DNA of 64,000 nucleotides from Batkoa obscura (Eukaryota): NCBI GenBank assembly GCA_030770535.1, contig JASVEC010000014.1, positions 248,001 to 312,000 of the forward strand, read 5' to 3'. Shown piece by piece: positions 12,033 to 24,830 of this stretch (position 1 is its first letter; each line of letters starts with the position of its first letter). The notes under the pieces were generated by a model. It saw only the letters and a program-made list of their open reading frames with translations, ran no database searches and was not told where the DNA came from. The position numbers and the translations under genes were made by a program.

Positions 12033-15000
12033 ATGAAAGAAAAATCTGAGGTCAAAGGGGAAAAAGGGAGCTCGATAAAAGAAAAGGAGATCAAAAACCT
12101 ATCGAGTACATTGACTAGTTCAGAATGGGGCTGCTTAGGTGTATTAGCATTGTTAGCATTAACTTTAAGGCTTTATAAGCTTAATTTTCCACTTAAAAAG
12201 ATGTAAGTCTATAGATTGCTAATTTAATCTTATAAACAGGTTCATTCTAAACTTAATTTTCATAAACCAGTGGAACTGAAAAAGACGCAGCAAGTAGTAT
12301 AGCTAGTTATTTATCAGGGATCTATGTATTAGATAAAAAGCCATCTTTGTTATACATGGTTTATAGTGCCCTCGGAGTTATTTTTGGAATGGAAGTAGAA
12401 GAGATCAAAAATAATAGGTAAAAACAAGTGATACTAATAGTTTATTTTTCTTAACTATTCTATAATTTTAGCGGCATTTTAGTAGATCTCACATTAAAAA
12501 GTACCTCAATGTTACGCTTATTTAACGCTCTATTTTCGACTGGTTTAGTACCTTTAACTTTTGTTTTATTAAAACAGTTTGGAGTAGATTTATGGATCAA
12601 CTTATGCATTACTATGTTTGTAGTAACTGATAGTTCCTTTATTTTAATCTCAAGATATTTACCAAATGTTGCGATTTCTTGTTTAATCTCTGTAGGGTTA
12701 TTTTATTCATTAACGTCTTTTACAAAGCTTGAGAGAGAGTAAGTTTATGTTCCCTTATAGTGCTTTAGAGCTACTTATACGTTTTTTTTAGCAATTATAG
12801 TCTTAGTTGGTATCAAAATTTGTTCATGTCAGGGATTTTATTTGGATTATCGTTAAGGCAAGCTATATTTATTAAATAATATCAATATTTTTAATTCATT
12901 TTAAAACAGTAATAGTGATTTCAGCATATTAGATTTTGTTATGGTATTCTTTTTCATGTTGCATAATATGAATCAAATTTTAAAGCAAGGGAATCGAGAA
13001 GTGGTAAATTAATATAACTCATGACCAATATAATATAGTAATTTTATTTAGTTTTCCATCCTTAAAATAATGAGATTCCAAAGTTTCAACACATTTATAT
13101 TACCAGTTTTAATTTATGGTTTAGCTTTTTTCATTAGCTTTTATTCAAGACAAAATTATTCACCATTGGCAAATAAAAGTGTATCTATCGAATTCCAAGC
13201 TACATTGAAAAACAATCCTTATATTAGTGGTACTGAAAAAAGTAATTGAAGCTTATTATTGTATCTTAAAATTTGTTTATTTCTTAACTTTGTATAGGCT
13301 TATATTATGGATCTATAATTAAAATCCGTCATGCTGAAACTCCGTTTGGTTATCTTAGTTCCCACAACAAGCCTTATCCAGGCGGAAGCAATCAACAGTA
13401 TGTTACGATTAGAGAAATTGATTCTGAAAGATTCTCTTATTGGGCAATTGAAACACCCTACCTTGCTTCACGTAATTACACAGAGAGACCAATTTATCCA
13501 TTAGATGGCAATGGATTAAATGTAACTGCTTCTAACTTACAGCCTCTCAAAGTATATCATCCTAAAAGAGAATTAAGACATAACGACTTGATAAGATTAA
13601 GACATGTTGATTCAAAATGTTATTTACATTCTCATGAACTAAGACCCCATTTTTCTAATCAGGACTATATTAACGAAGCATCGTAAGAAATAATAATTCT
13701 AATTATACTATCAATAATGTTAATTTTAATAATTACTAGGTGTTATGGGTTTGAAGATTTCTTAGGGGATGAAAACGATAATTTTAGAATTCAATTGAGA
13801 GAAAGTATTGATGATAAAATTGAAAAAATAGATGAAGAAGATAAGGAGCTATTCCAAAAGAAGAGGGATGAGCTAAGAAAGAGTTTAAAGCCTATTTTAG
13901 CATTTCAAAGTAAATTTCGGTTCCATCATGATTTGACTGATGGTAATTTATATTCAAGACCTATTAAACTTGGAGACTATTCCAAATTGAACAAAACAGA
14001 TGATGTATCAAGTTATGAAGTCTTTACTATAAGAGATAGCTTTTTACCAAGATCTCTATTTGAAGTTGTATATAATTTACCACCAATTGCAGTAGATGAG
14101 GATGGGAATATTATGGACGACATAAAAACAGACCCTTTAGTTAAAGAGTTAATCGAAGATACTATTAAACCGGTACCAAGTAGTCTTTTTAGTAAAATAT
14201 CTGAGGTCATTCAACGTACTTTATATCAATCAGATAATACCAATTTTGAACAATCCAATATAATTGATTGGCTCTTATTGAAGAAAGGTGTAACTTTATT
14301 TAAATCTGGGAAGGAGTTGATCTATTTTATTACTAATCCATTACATCATATATTGGGTACATTCAGCGTATTATTTTATTTGACATACAACTTTATTTTA
14401 TTATTGATTAATAAGAGATATCAAAAGAGAACCAACAGCCAAGATGAAGATGATTCAAGTTACCTTACCATTATCAGCTATGGATGCCACTTTATACCGT
14501 GGTTATTTATTAAAGATAAGTCCTTGATAAGCTATACACTAAGCTATTATTTTTCATTATTATTATTTGGATTAAGTTTAGATCAAATGTGTAACAAAAT
14601 GGGTGGTGGCTTGGCAAAGAAGGGAGCTGCTATTCTATTGATGACGCTTTCATTACTATCGTATTATTCTTATTCTAAGATAATTTACGGTTTAAATTCC
14701 GACTGCAATCCTATATTTTACTCGAAGAATTGGGATATCAGTTGTAACTCAAATGAAGCAGAATTCGATCCTATATTCGATAGTGACGTTGTTAATACAG
14801 TTATTCAATATGTGGATAAGGATGGTAACCTAATTGTTGGAGGAGGGGAAGATGAAAATGTCCAAGAAGTTACTGAAGAAAAGATAGTATACGTAGATCA
14901 ATTTGGAAATAAAATTGAAGAAGAAATAAAAGAAAAGATTGTATATGTAGATGAAAATGGAAATGAGATTCAACCACATCAGATCAAAGAAGGTGGTGTT

Positions 15001-15309
15001 AAAGAAGAGATTGTATACGTAGATGAAAATGGAAATAAAATTGAAAAAGATGTTAAAGAAGAAATTGTCTATGTTGATGAAAAAGGGAACAAGCTTGAAC
15101 CAGATCAGGTTAAAGGTAATGTGGTTAAACAAGAGGTTGTTTATGTGGATCAAAATGGTGCTCCTATACCAAAAAAGAATGAGAAAGTGGTTGTTGAAGT
15201 AGCAACTGAAACTTTTTTTGCAACTGAAGAGATTACCGTTACTGAAGAAGGAGAAATAAAGACTAAAGTGGTTAGAGTGCTTGCTGATGACGATGATGAT
15301 ATATTATAA
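12033..15309 (+). CDS. Protein O-mannosyltransferase (PMT)-like membrane protein with MIR domains, degenerate catalytic loop and YVDxxG repeat tail
   Basis: N-terminal TM then LRLYKLNFP; multiple TMs; SIEFQATL; MIR motifs YGSIIKIRH..YLSSHNKPYPGGSNQQYVT and DLIRLRHVDSKCYLHSHELRPH..EAS|CYG..GDENDNFRI; C-terminal NPL/HFIPW TM block. Confidence 0.85.
14803..15160 (+). repeat. Six coding repeats (I/V)(V/Q)YVDxxG in the PMT-like tail
   Basis: IQYVDKDGN, IVYVDQFGN, IVYVDENGN (twice), IVYVDEKGN, VVYVDQNGA. The last five are spaced 18/24/18/24 aa. Confidence 0.9.
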
Positions 15310-16130
15310 TAAAATATTTTAAGGCTTATTAAATTTATACGGTTTTTAAATGTGATAATTTGCTTTTATTTAAAATTACATTATAAATAAAAAGCTAACA
15401 ACTGATCATGTTCTAATAAATGTATTTATTAGCTTTAGAACAGCATATTCTCAAGATTCTTTTTAGATAGGTATAGAAAATAAAACAATATGCAGATAGA
15501 GGAATTGCATGAACTATCAAAAACAATACAAAATTTTAATCATTATCAAAAAACTCTAAAATATTCAACTATGATGTTTTTATATTATAGGCTTTATACT
15601 TATAATTTTTTCAGTTTCAATAATTTAACAAAATTTTATGTTATTTTCCATTTAAAGCAAATCACTAGAAAACTTGGAAAATAATGGCATCACGTATTTA
15701 TTCTAGAGTATTTTTTCAAGAAAGCTAAGAATACAAAATTGCATCTCTCGTCTCTTCATCAAATACTTCTTGTTATGATATTAGTGCTATTGCTTATATA
15801 TTATAACATATTGCTCATCTAATCTGTAATATAAAATTATATTCAAATAAAGCAACATCACAGCTAAAAAGGATAATCAACAGAAAGGGCAAGTCAACAT
15901 TTGATTGGCAGTTAAAAACAAAAAGTAAGAATATTAAAAACTCAAAAAGATCAAAAAGAGTCAACATTAAAAAAAATAACTTTGTTGTTTACTTATGCAT
16001 CTCTAAATCAAGCTTAAACTCCCTTTTTTCTTTTTTGCTTTTCAGTTAGTATATTTGAGATCCAATACAAACTTGTTAAAATTAAAGCTTAGTTATAGCT
16101 GTTTAAATTCAATTATTAACTTATAAAAAA

Positions 16131-17491
16131 ATGGGATTTTCGCCTGATAAAACATTTAGGTAATAAGCGTTAACTTAAACCTGAAATTTTAGGACCATCA
16201 AATCTTAATTTATAGCTCAAAAATTAACTTACCAAACAGGCTTAGAGACTTTCATGTAGATCCAAAAATACTAGGACGAGGTACGTATGGTGTTGTGTAT
16301 TCGGCCAAGGGAAAAAAGGATGGTAAAATATATGCCATTAAAAAATCTTTTGTATACAAAGAAGACGATGGGATACCACAATCAGCTTTGAGAGAAATTA
16401 GCTCATTGAAAAAATTAGCACATCCTAATATTGTATCGTAAGTAGTTAAAATATGCTTTCGAATAGTTCATCTAATATTTATATAGCCTTATAAGTATCA
16501 GATACCTCTTCCGTGAGCTTTATCTTGTGTTCGAAAGGTTGCCTCAGGATTTATCCATGCTAATCAAGAATGCTGATCCTTACATTGGTATTCCTCAAAA
16601 ATCTATTAAGGTAACTTAGTTCATATTTAAAATTTGATTGATGATAATAACTAATATTTAGATCTTTATGTTAGATATAGCTAAAGGCCTGAATCATATC
16701 CACTCTCATGGGTTTGTACATCGTGATTTGAAACCAGGAAATATATTAATTGATGCCCAAGGTAGACTCAAGATTGGTGACTTTGGTTTAATGAGACGTA
16801 AGATGTCAAAGGAAAGAAAATATACTCAAGAAGTAATATTGATTATTGCATCAATTTTGTAATAAATTAACATAGCTATAAGGTGGTTACTCTTGGCTAT
16901 AGAGCTCCTGAAGCTTTACTTGAGACTACAAAACATGATGCTTCACTTGATATTTGGAGTATGGGTTGTATATTTGCTGAACTATTTTTATTAACACCAT
17001 TGTTTAAAGGTAATTAGAACAACTATAATAACTATAATAACTATACAAATAAGAATAACAATTTAAATATTAATTTAGCTGAAAATGCTGATGGACACTT
17101 AGATTTAATTTTTAAGTAAGAAAAATTAATTGGGAAACTCAATAAATATTGATTATTTATTTTAGAACACTTGGTATTCCAACTGAAGCTACTTGGCCTG
17201 GAGTTACTAACTTTGAAAAGTTCCAAAAGTATATCCATAATACTTACAGACCACAGGGTCTTCATAACGCTTGTCCAAATATGACTGAAGAAATTAGAGA
17301 AATTCTTGGGGTATGGTTCATTTTATATGGTAGTGTAATTTAGATTATTGACTTTACAATTGTAGGAAATCTTAGTTTGTAATCCAAAAAGAAGGATGAA
17401 AGGCACACAGTTTGTTTCTTTACCTTATTTTGCTATTGAAGAAGACCACGTATATCATAGGCTAGTTAGGATGCCTAGATTTAATAAATAA
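16131..17491 (+). CDS. Divergent cyclin-dependent kinase (CDK1/2-like fold, PQSALRE helix; about 8 exons)
   Basis: [95 protein letters not shown]. Confidence 0.88.
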
Positions 17492-17944
17492 GATAATGAA
17501 TCTATTAAAATAGTTTGGATATAGATTCATTGGCCTATATATAGTTCATATATTTAGTAGGCATTTGATAATTACGATATAATATAAAGTTAACCAAAGC
17601 AACTTTAACACATATTTTTGTTATTATTTGAATCAAGCTCATCATTATTTTGTATAAAAATAAAATTTTGATACTGTATGAATATTGGTTTCACAAACTT
17701 TGTTATTTTGCTTGAAAAACTATTAAACATGCTAAAGTTTATTTTTTCTAAGAAGGGAGTTACTTTCCTATAATTCAGGATTTCTCCAGTAATGAGATAC
17801 AAAGCCTTTACAATGATTAAAAATCTGGAACGTAGAATTCTAACTTATCTATATAAGTGGTTAATAGTATCTAATCCTGGTTTTAGAATCATCAACTTTT
17901 AGTTAATATAGATCTATTAATCAAATCGATCTATATAATAGATA

Positions 17945-18008
17945 TGGGGATGTATTTTTGTGTTTAAGAATTTTACTAACAATCTTTCCACTCAAATAGC
18001 GCTTAGAA
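17945..18008 (+). mobile_element. MITE-like element, copy 1 (3'-truncated)
   Basis: TGGGGATGTATTTTTGTGTTTAAGAATTTTACTAACAATCTTTCCACTCAAATAGCGCTTA matches the left two-thirds of the copy at 23177. Confidence 0.75.
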
Positions 18009-18186
18009 AATCTGACACATTAAAATTAAAATAAATTATCATTTAGCTTTAGTCATAAAATGGTATATATTAGAATCTAATACAGACAAATGACAAACTT
18101 AAAATTAACTTTGTCAAAACAAAAGATATTATCATTTAAGTTTTATAATAGGTGATTGAGAAAAAACTTCGAGCTTAACTCATACT

Positions 18187-18284
18187 TGGGAATGTATTTT
18201 TCGTCTAAGTGTTTCACTAGCAATCTTTCTGCTCCAATAGTGCTTAAAAATGAAAGAGTAATAAAACCAAAAAAACATCTCCAT
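18187..18284 (+). mobile_element. MITE-like element, copy 2 (diverged)
   Basis: TGGGAATGTATTTTT...AATAGTGCTTAAAAATGAAAGAGTAATAAAACCAAAAAAACATCTCCAT is colinear with the other copies. Confidence 0.7.
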
Positions 18285-18582
18285 CTGCTTGTTATCAAAT
18301 TTAAACACCAAGCTTTTAAGCGGCAAAAAGCCTCCGATTGATGTAAATTATACAAAATTTAAAGACGTTTCTATATCTGATATTACTAGACTTCAATAGC
18401 ATTATTAGGATTATTTTGTCATATTTATAATAGATAAGTTTTATTTTACCTTTTGCAACTTACCATTTTTAGAAGATTAATTTTTTCATTATTTGTAATC
18501 GCAAAAGTTTATCCAGGTCAACTTATGCAAAATTTTAATTTTAATAAAAGTCTAATATTTACTAAAGAATTGTTTTTAAATT

Positions 18583-20519
18583 ATGTTTAAGTATAGTGAA
18601 TCAACAATATTAAAATTAGGACGTAGCAGTTTATTTAATTTTAAATACAACAAAACTAATATAAGGAGTCTTTCATCTTCAATTTCAACTTATAACGATA
18701 AAGAAGAAGTGCCAATTAATCATTTTGAAGAGTTCAATTTTCGAAAAGAGATTTTAAACTCAATCAATAAAGAATTAGGATGGAAATATCCAACCACTAT
18801 ACAAAGAAAAGTGTTCGAGTTGGCAAGTACAAAGAAAAATGTAACTTATTTATTCATTCAAACATATTATAGAGCTTATTAACAACCATAGATTATTGCT
18901 TCCGCATGGACTGGGCAAGGAAAAACGGGTGCTTATATGATACCGATTATTAATCAAATATTAGAAACCACTGATGACATTGAGTTAAAATCAGAAGAAG
19001 CAGATAGAGCCGATATAAATTATATACGCCCAAAAGCCATAATAATGGCACCTTCGTCAGAATTGGCACGCCAAGTTTATAAGAATTTCGTCGATTTTTC
19101 AAAGGACTTAGATATAAAGATAGGGTTGATTATTAATGAAGGAAGTGTAGAAGAACAGGTATGATAGACTTTTTAATTTTAGATATATTTTTTATCCCTC
19201 TCTTTAGTTGGAATCTTTTCCAAAAAAAGTTGATGTACTTGTTTGTACTCCAGGTCGCATGCTTCAACATCTTTTATTTATAAAAAATCAAATGGAAAAA
19301 GATTATCCAAATTATCCTATTCAAGAAACAAAAAGACAAAGTATATTAAGTATGACAAGGGTTAATCATTTTGTCATCGATGAATGTGATAAGTTATTAA
19401 GTTTAGGTCATTTACCAGATGGTAGGATTTATTACTCGCTGTTTGATAAAAAAGGATAATTGTTTTTAGTTTTAGGATGCTGGGAATTGATTTCAAAACC
19501 ATATAAACAAAAAAGATTGAGTAAAATTCAAGTAATGATTTGTTCCGCTACCATTGTAAAAGAAGTGCATGGTTTTATTATGAAGATTGCACCTCATTAT
19601 AAACTGTTAGATTTAAACGAAAACATGGGTGTACCAAAAAATAGTAAGCTCAGTTTATATTTTACGAAAATAGTACTAATTTTGATAGTTAAACAAATTA
19701 GGTATGATGTGCATAATCAAAGAAAGTCAAGTTTATTACTTTATCTTTTAAGAAGAAAAGGAAAGATTTCTTTAAAAGTAATATTTCTTAAATTTTTAAA
19801 TTGAAAAAATTAAACTTAGTTATTAGGATAAAAAAATCTTAGTATTTGTGAGAACAATACAAAAATGTAATAGATTATCGGAAGCATTAAATGCCGAGGG
19901 ATTTACTGCCGCTTCTTTACATGCCGATGTTAGCCCTAATAAAAGAGATAGAGTTATCAATGATTTTAAACATGGATCACTCAACATACTTATCTCAACG
20001 GATATAGCAACACGTGGATTAGATTTAACTAACCTTAATTATGTAATAAATTATGACTTACCAAATGTACCAGCAGATTATATCCATCGTGTAGGGAGAT
20101 GTGGAAGAGCTGGTAGAGAAGGTACAGCAATAAGCTTTGTTTCTAAAGATATCGAAGAAATAAATAGAGGGAACGGAATGGATGCCATAAGAAATGAAAA
20201 AGAAATTATGGAACAAATCGAAAAATTGTTAGAAAAGTCCTATAATGATAAACATTGTTCTAGATTAGAAACTAGAAAAATCCCTGGGCCATTTTTAGAT
20301 GTTGATGATTATACTGTTATAAAAAAGGTCGCCGTTAATCCATCTTATCGTTATCTCGTTCAACATTCTTCAACTCCTAAAAAAAAGAATACTATCAAAA
20401 ATGAAGCCAAAAATGATTATGTATCTCTTATGAATAAATACACCGAAAATGGTGCAAAACGTAAAGGTATTGTAATATCTGCTAAAGATGCAAAAGCTAG
20501 TTTACGCGGGAGTAAATAA
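18583..20519 (+). CDS. DEAD-box RNA helicase (DECD variant), probably mitochondrial, RhlE-like core; multi-exon
   Basis: Q motif GWKYPTTIQ, motif I AWTGQGKT, Ia APSSELARQ, Ib TPGRM, II DECD, III SAT, V TDIATRGLD, VI YIHRVGRCGRAG. The N-terminus is basic and Ser-rich. Confidence 0.92.
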
Positions 20520-20644
20520 GTAACATTACTAATAAAAATATATAATAGATAAGTCCTTTTTATTTAATATGAATAAAATTATAGAAAAAAATTAATCTTC
20601 ACTGCAGTAAAAACTGTCTTACGCCTTTCAAGATTTAAAAAAAA

Positions 20645-22293
20645 CTACTCAGCATGTAAAGTTCTATAAGCACTTAATACCTTTTCCCTGCCTTCAATGA
20701 TTTCAGATTGAATATAAAATACAGGACCAAGTAAAGGAGAATCATAATTCTTATATCTGTATTTTTTTTGATGCTTTACATACTGTGTCATATTAGAATA
20801 TAAAGTATTGAAAGCACTTATAAACTTGCTAATAATCATGCTATATTTTCGAGTACCGGAGCATACATTATTTTCTTCATTCTCAGGATCCAAAATAACT
20901 AAATTAGCTCCTGGAGCAACACCATCTGGTTTTTCCTTGGATTAAGTTAGTGTTGGCAAAATATCAAATATAAAAGTGTAAGTCCTTACAAAATAATAGC
21001 CACCATTTGATAATGAAATTCCAATATTTCTAAAATTATGATTTTTGCTATAATACTCAAAAAACTCAGTCAATAAAACACCTAAATTATCATCCGAAGG
21101 GTCAATTAAGCCTGTTTGGATTAAGGGATGGTGCTAAAAAGAGTTCATTAAATGAAATTATTAAAAGTATTAAATTATTTACCTGGAAAAAGCTGACGAT
21201 CATCAAGGTGATACCGTAGGAACCGATGTAGCCTTCAAACACTTTATTCATCTTATTAATTGATAAAAAGTGCTTAAGTAACATAATCATATTTCTTAAA
21301 GAAGGACAGTCATCAATAAATTTGTCAACAATTTCTTTACTTCTTATCCCACTTTCAACATTTACTGAAATATCAACTTCATACCCAGTTAATGGATCTA
21401 TAAAATTAATAATTGGAACCTGAATAATATATTTAATCGGCTTTTATAATATTACAACTTTAGTGCTTACCTTTGCCTTTAATCTAACCTCGAATTTAGA
21501 AGGATAGTTGAATTCTTCTTTAATACGTGGTGCTAACTCCTTTATTAAGAAAGTTTCAGCTTTCCCCATACGAGTTTCATCTATAATTACTAAATCAACA
21601 TCACTTATTTTAAGTTAGTAACTAATATTATTAAAATAGAACAAAATTATACCTAGTTGGAAGATATAAGTCAGTGCTAAATGATCCAAAAATATGAGCT
21701 TTAGCTTGTTCTCCCCAAAGATCTACAACAACTCTTTGTACCCTTTCTTTTGTATACTTTCTCATAAATGTTTCTTCTTGTTTTGGTGAAAGATATTTAA
21801 TAAAATTTACAATCTCTTCATGTAACCTAGTATTAAAAAAATAATTTAAATAGTATACAGCTACTTAAATGACTTACCTAACCTGTGGCTCAAGTCCAGG
21901 CTCATAATCACCAACATCGAACCATGTGTCAGAACCTTCTTCTTCAGTTTGAATATTTAACCATGTTGAATTACTTACCTGTGCTTGGTTAATTTCTTCG
22001 TCCGAGTTAAAAGCAATAAAACCAGAGTCTGAAGAGTCTTCATCGTCTACATTAAACGCTTCCTCGACGACAGAAGTAATCCTAACATTGTTATTACTAA
22101 TCTTATTTTGGTTAGCATTAGTTTTAAAACTCAAATTCTTGTTTTTTGTTTTTATTCTTTTTGTTACCAATTCTTCTTCACTAGTATCGGTAACTTCCTG
22201 TCCTGAATCACTTCCTTTATTGTTGAGTACTTCTTCGATCAAATTTATACTTGTTGCTTTAGTTGTTTTAGCTAATTTTCTTCCTTTTGCCAT
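20645..22293 (-). CDS. TRF4: Non-canonical poly(A) polymerase, Trf4/PAPD5 family (multi-exon)
   Basis: LHEEIVNFIKYLSPKQEE, HIFGSFSTDLYLPT|SDVDL, KAK|VPIINF..EVDIS, LRNMIMLLKHFL..NKVFEGYIGSYGITLMIVSFFQ, NLGVLLTEFFEYY, ILDP..NNV. Confidence 0.9.
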
Positions 22294-23176
22294 TTCAAAA
22301 TTAAAATTTTTAAAAAAGTTTAAATTCTTTTTTTATAAAATCAATGATCTGAAAAATCAAGGGTTGGTTTGAATAATTATGTATTTTTATATGAATAAGT
22401 TTAAAAGTTTGGTTTAAATTGAAAATAAGATTTTTAATTCCTCCTTTTCCCATTCTTATTTGGCGCAAAATTTTTAGAAAACTATTAAGTAAAACCAAAC
22501 AAAAAAGCATTACAATATGAGTGAATGAGTTATTTAAAATTAAACAAAAAAGTAAAAATTTTCGTAGAACTTAGCATTTAGTTTATAATTTTTGCCAAAA
22601 ATTAGAATTGAATAAAACTTGAACTAAGTTTTAACTAATCTATATGAAATGAATAATTCTGTTATTATAAATTAATGATTTTGTGATTAATTAATTTAAA
22701 TAATTTGTGCTTCTGAGAAAACTTTTCATAAGTTTCCCATGATTTTTAGTAACTGTTTGGATACCAAATTTCATAAAAATATTTAAAAGTACAAATTTAT
22801 TTACAAAACATCAATTAAGCAAGAATTCTTTGTACAATTACACTAAAGCTTAGTTTATACTAATAAAATAACTTAGAGGTTTATTGCCATAAAAAATTCT
22901 AAAAGTAACTGGCAGCTTAACAAAAAAATCTGTTTAAAAATAAGTTTGTCTTCAGAAGCAAAAATTCCGCTATTTCAACTATTAGTTCAATTACTCTTCT
23001 TTTATATAAATGAATCTATGAGTCTATTTTATAAATAGCCTAAAAATTACCTTTATTCCAAGCCATACTGACTTAAACCTTGGATGACGAACTCAGTCTT
23101 CTCTAGTGCCTGAAGGGTCAAAAATACAAGGTATGTTTTTTGTATGAGAAATTCACTATTTTTTTCTAATCAATAA

Positions 23177-23276
23177 TGGGGATGTATTTCTATGTTCAAG
23201 AGCTTTACTAATAATTTTTCCACTCAAATAGCGCTTAAAGGATGGAAAAAGTAATGAAGCCAAAAAAACATCCCCA
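23177..23276 (+). mobile_element. MITE-like element, copy 3 (100 bp, best-preserved TIRs)
   Basis: Starts TGGGGATGTATTT and ends AAAAACATCCCCA, a terminal inverted repeat. Non-coding. Confidence 0.85.
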
Positions 23277-24086
23277 ATGCTTAAAAAATTCAAAAAACAA
23301 CGAAATCAAAAAAGAATCCGCATATTAGGATTTTTTAATAAACCCTTATAAGCTCAGTTTAGAAAAAACAAAGATGTTGGTTCCAGTAGTACTTTTTTCC
23401 AGCTATTATTTTTTAAATTTATTAGCTAAAAATGATACAAAGATGAAGCAAATATTTTGACAAATGCAATTTTATTATAGCTTATTTTTATTTAAAGGAC
23501 ATTGGGGAGATTTATGAGAAGTCCAATATATTGTTACTTTCACGATTTTCTTTCATGTAATTGTAATCTAACAGCTAGTTAGTAAACCTATAGCTCTAAA
23601 AGATAATTTAAAATAGCTTCAAAATATGCAAAAGTAATAATACAATAAAGCAAAATCATAACTAGAAATGGTTGTTTGATTTTGTTATTTCAAAATGAAT
23701 AAATGGGCTTTAAGGAATAAAACAGTGAAATTAACTATCAGAGATCATAAATATTATTCATATAAATAATGTTACAAAACTTCAAAGTATAAAAATAGTT
23801 GTAATCTAAAGTTTAATTAATAATGTTGCTAATAAAGAAATAAGATTAAAACTATATAAACTTTATATTATAAAAATATAATATAAATCTACATGAAATG
23901 AGAAATAAGCCAATAAATAAGTTAGATCATTAATAAATTTATACTAATATTTTACAAAATTAACTTAAAGTTATAATGAGATTAAAAATTTGAAACGTTA
24001 TAAAACATTGGAAAGAAGTGATGTTTATTGGCTTAATTATTGACTCTAAATTTTTTAAAAAGTATAATATTATGAAGTAATAAGAG

Positions 24087-24094
24087 TATAAAAG
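24087..24094 (+). promoter_or_regulatory. TATA box of secreted peptide gene A
   Basis: TATAAAAG 90 nt upstream of ATG 24177, at the same spacing as in the paralogues. Confidence 0.7.
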
Positions 24095-24176
24095 CAAACT
24101 AAAATAGTCAACAAAAATTATAAAACAAATATATTCAAATATTAGTATTTAGATAACTTCAAACTATACTGTAAAC

Positions 24177-24389
24177 ATGCAATTCAAATTCCTCTTCATT
24201 GCTTTCTTTGCTACCATTTTTGCTATGCCAACCCCAGATGGTACCGGTGATAGTATTAAAGCTGAGGTTGCTGATAAAGCTGCCGCTCAAGCTGCTGGAA
24301 AAACTGCCACTGTAGCTACTACTCAAGCAGATTCGGCCCCAAAAAGTGCTAAAGTAGCTACCACTAGGAACGTTTTGATTATTGAGTGA
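24177..24389 (+). CDS. Small secreted peptide family member A (70 aa)
   Basis: Signal peptide MQFKFLFIAFFATIFA then MPTP; paralogous to 25569, 53510, 54298 and 55098; GCT/ACT-rich coding-like composition against an AT-rich background. Confidence 0.85.
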   Translation: MQFKFLFIAFFATIFAMPTPDGTGDSIKAEVADKAAAQAAGKTATVATTQADSAPKSAKVATTRNVLIIE

Positions 24390-24830
24390 TTTAAATAGAG
24401 TTGAATAATCAAAAGCTAAAGCCAGTACTGCTATTAAAGCTTAATTAAATTCATTGTAATGTTAATTTTAAATTATAAATAACTGCTATTATTTAATTCT
24501 CAAATTTAATATATTTTAACTTTAATGTATTTTAGCTTTAATTTATAATTTTTTAAGACTTTAAATTTTGATTACAAATGATAAGTTTGTAAAATACTAT
24601 AAAGTAAAAAAAACTATTATTAAACCATTAAATTGATATTTCAGTGAACAACAGTCATATGCCGACGTTGTTAAAATTTTTAGGTGACTTGTTGCAAAGT
24701 TGGTATTGTATATTATGACACTGATAGCTGAAGATAGATTGTTGTTCTCAGCTATTATTTCTTCTACTTTTACATATTACAAAACTGAAAAAATATCAAT
24801 AAAATACTAGACCAAAAAAATGTTACTATA

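Noticed and set aside
15490..17802. AT-rich intergenic ORFs 15490-15684 and 17605-17802 (also 10783, 22310, 59331, 61200, 62188)
   Set aside because: Low-complexity F/I/L/K/N/Y composition typical of random AT-rich frames, with no motifs or splice support.
18143..18355. ORFs 18143-18355 (-) and 18156-18341 (+)
   Set aside because: They overlap MITE copy 2 and have no protein-like features; chance ORFs.
1892..20519. HMG gene plus RNA helicase as a Mucorales-type sex locus (tptA-sex-rnhA)
   Set aside because: The helicase is 15 kb and six genes away, looks mitochondrial or RhlE-like, and no triose-phosphate transporter is present in the window.
23060..23120. CTGA...ATGACGA...CTGA as a C/D snoRNA
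   Set aside because: No canonical upstream C box or terminal stem, and no rRNA complementarity I could recognise.
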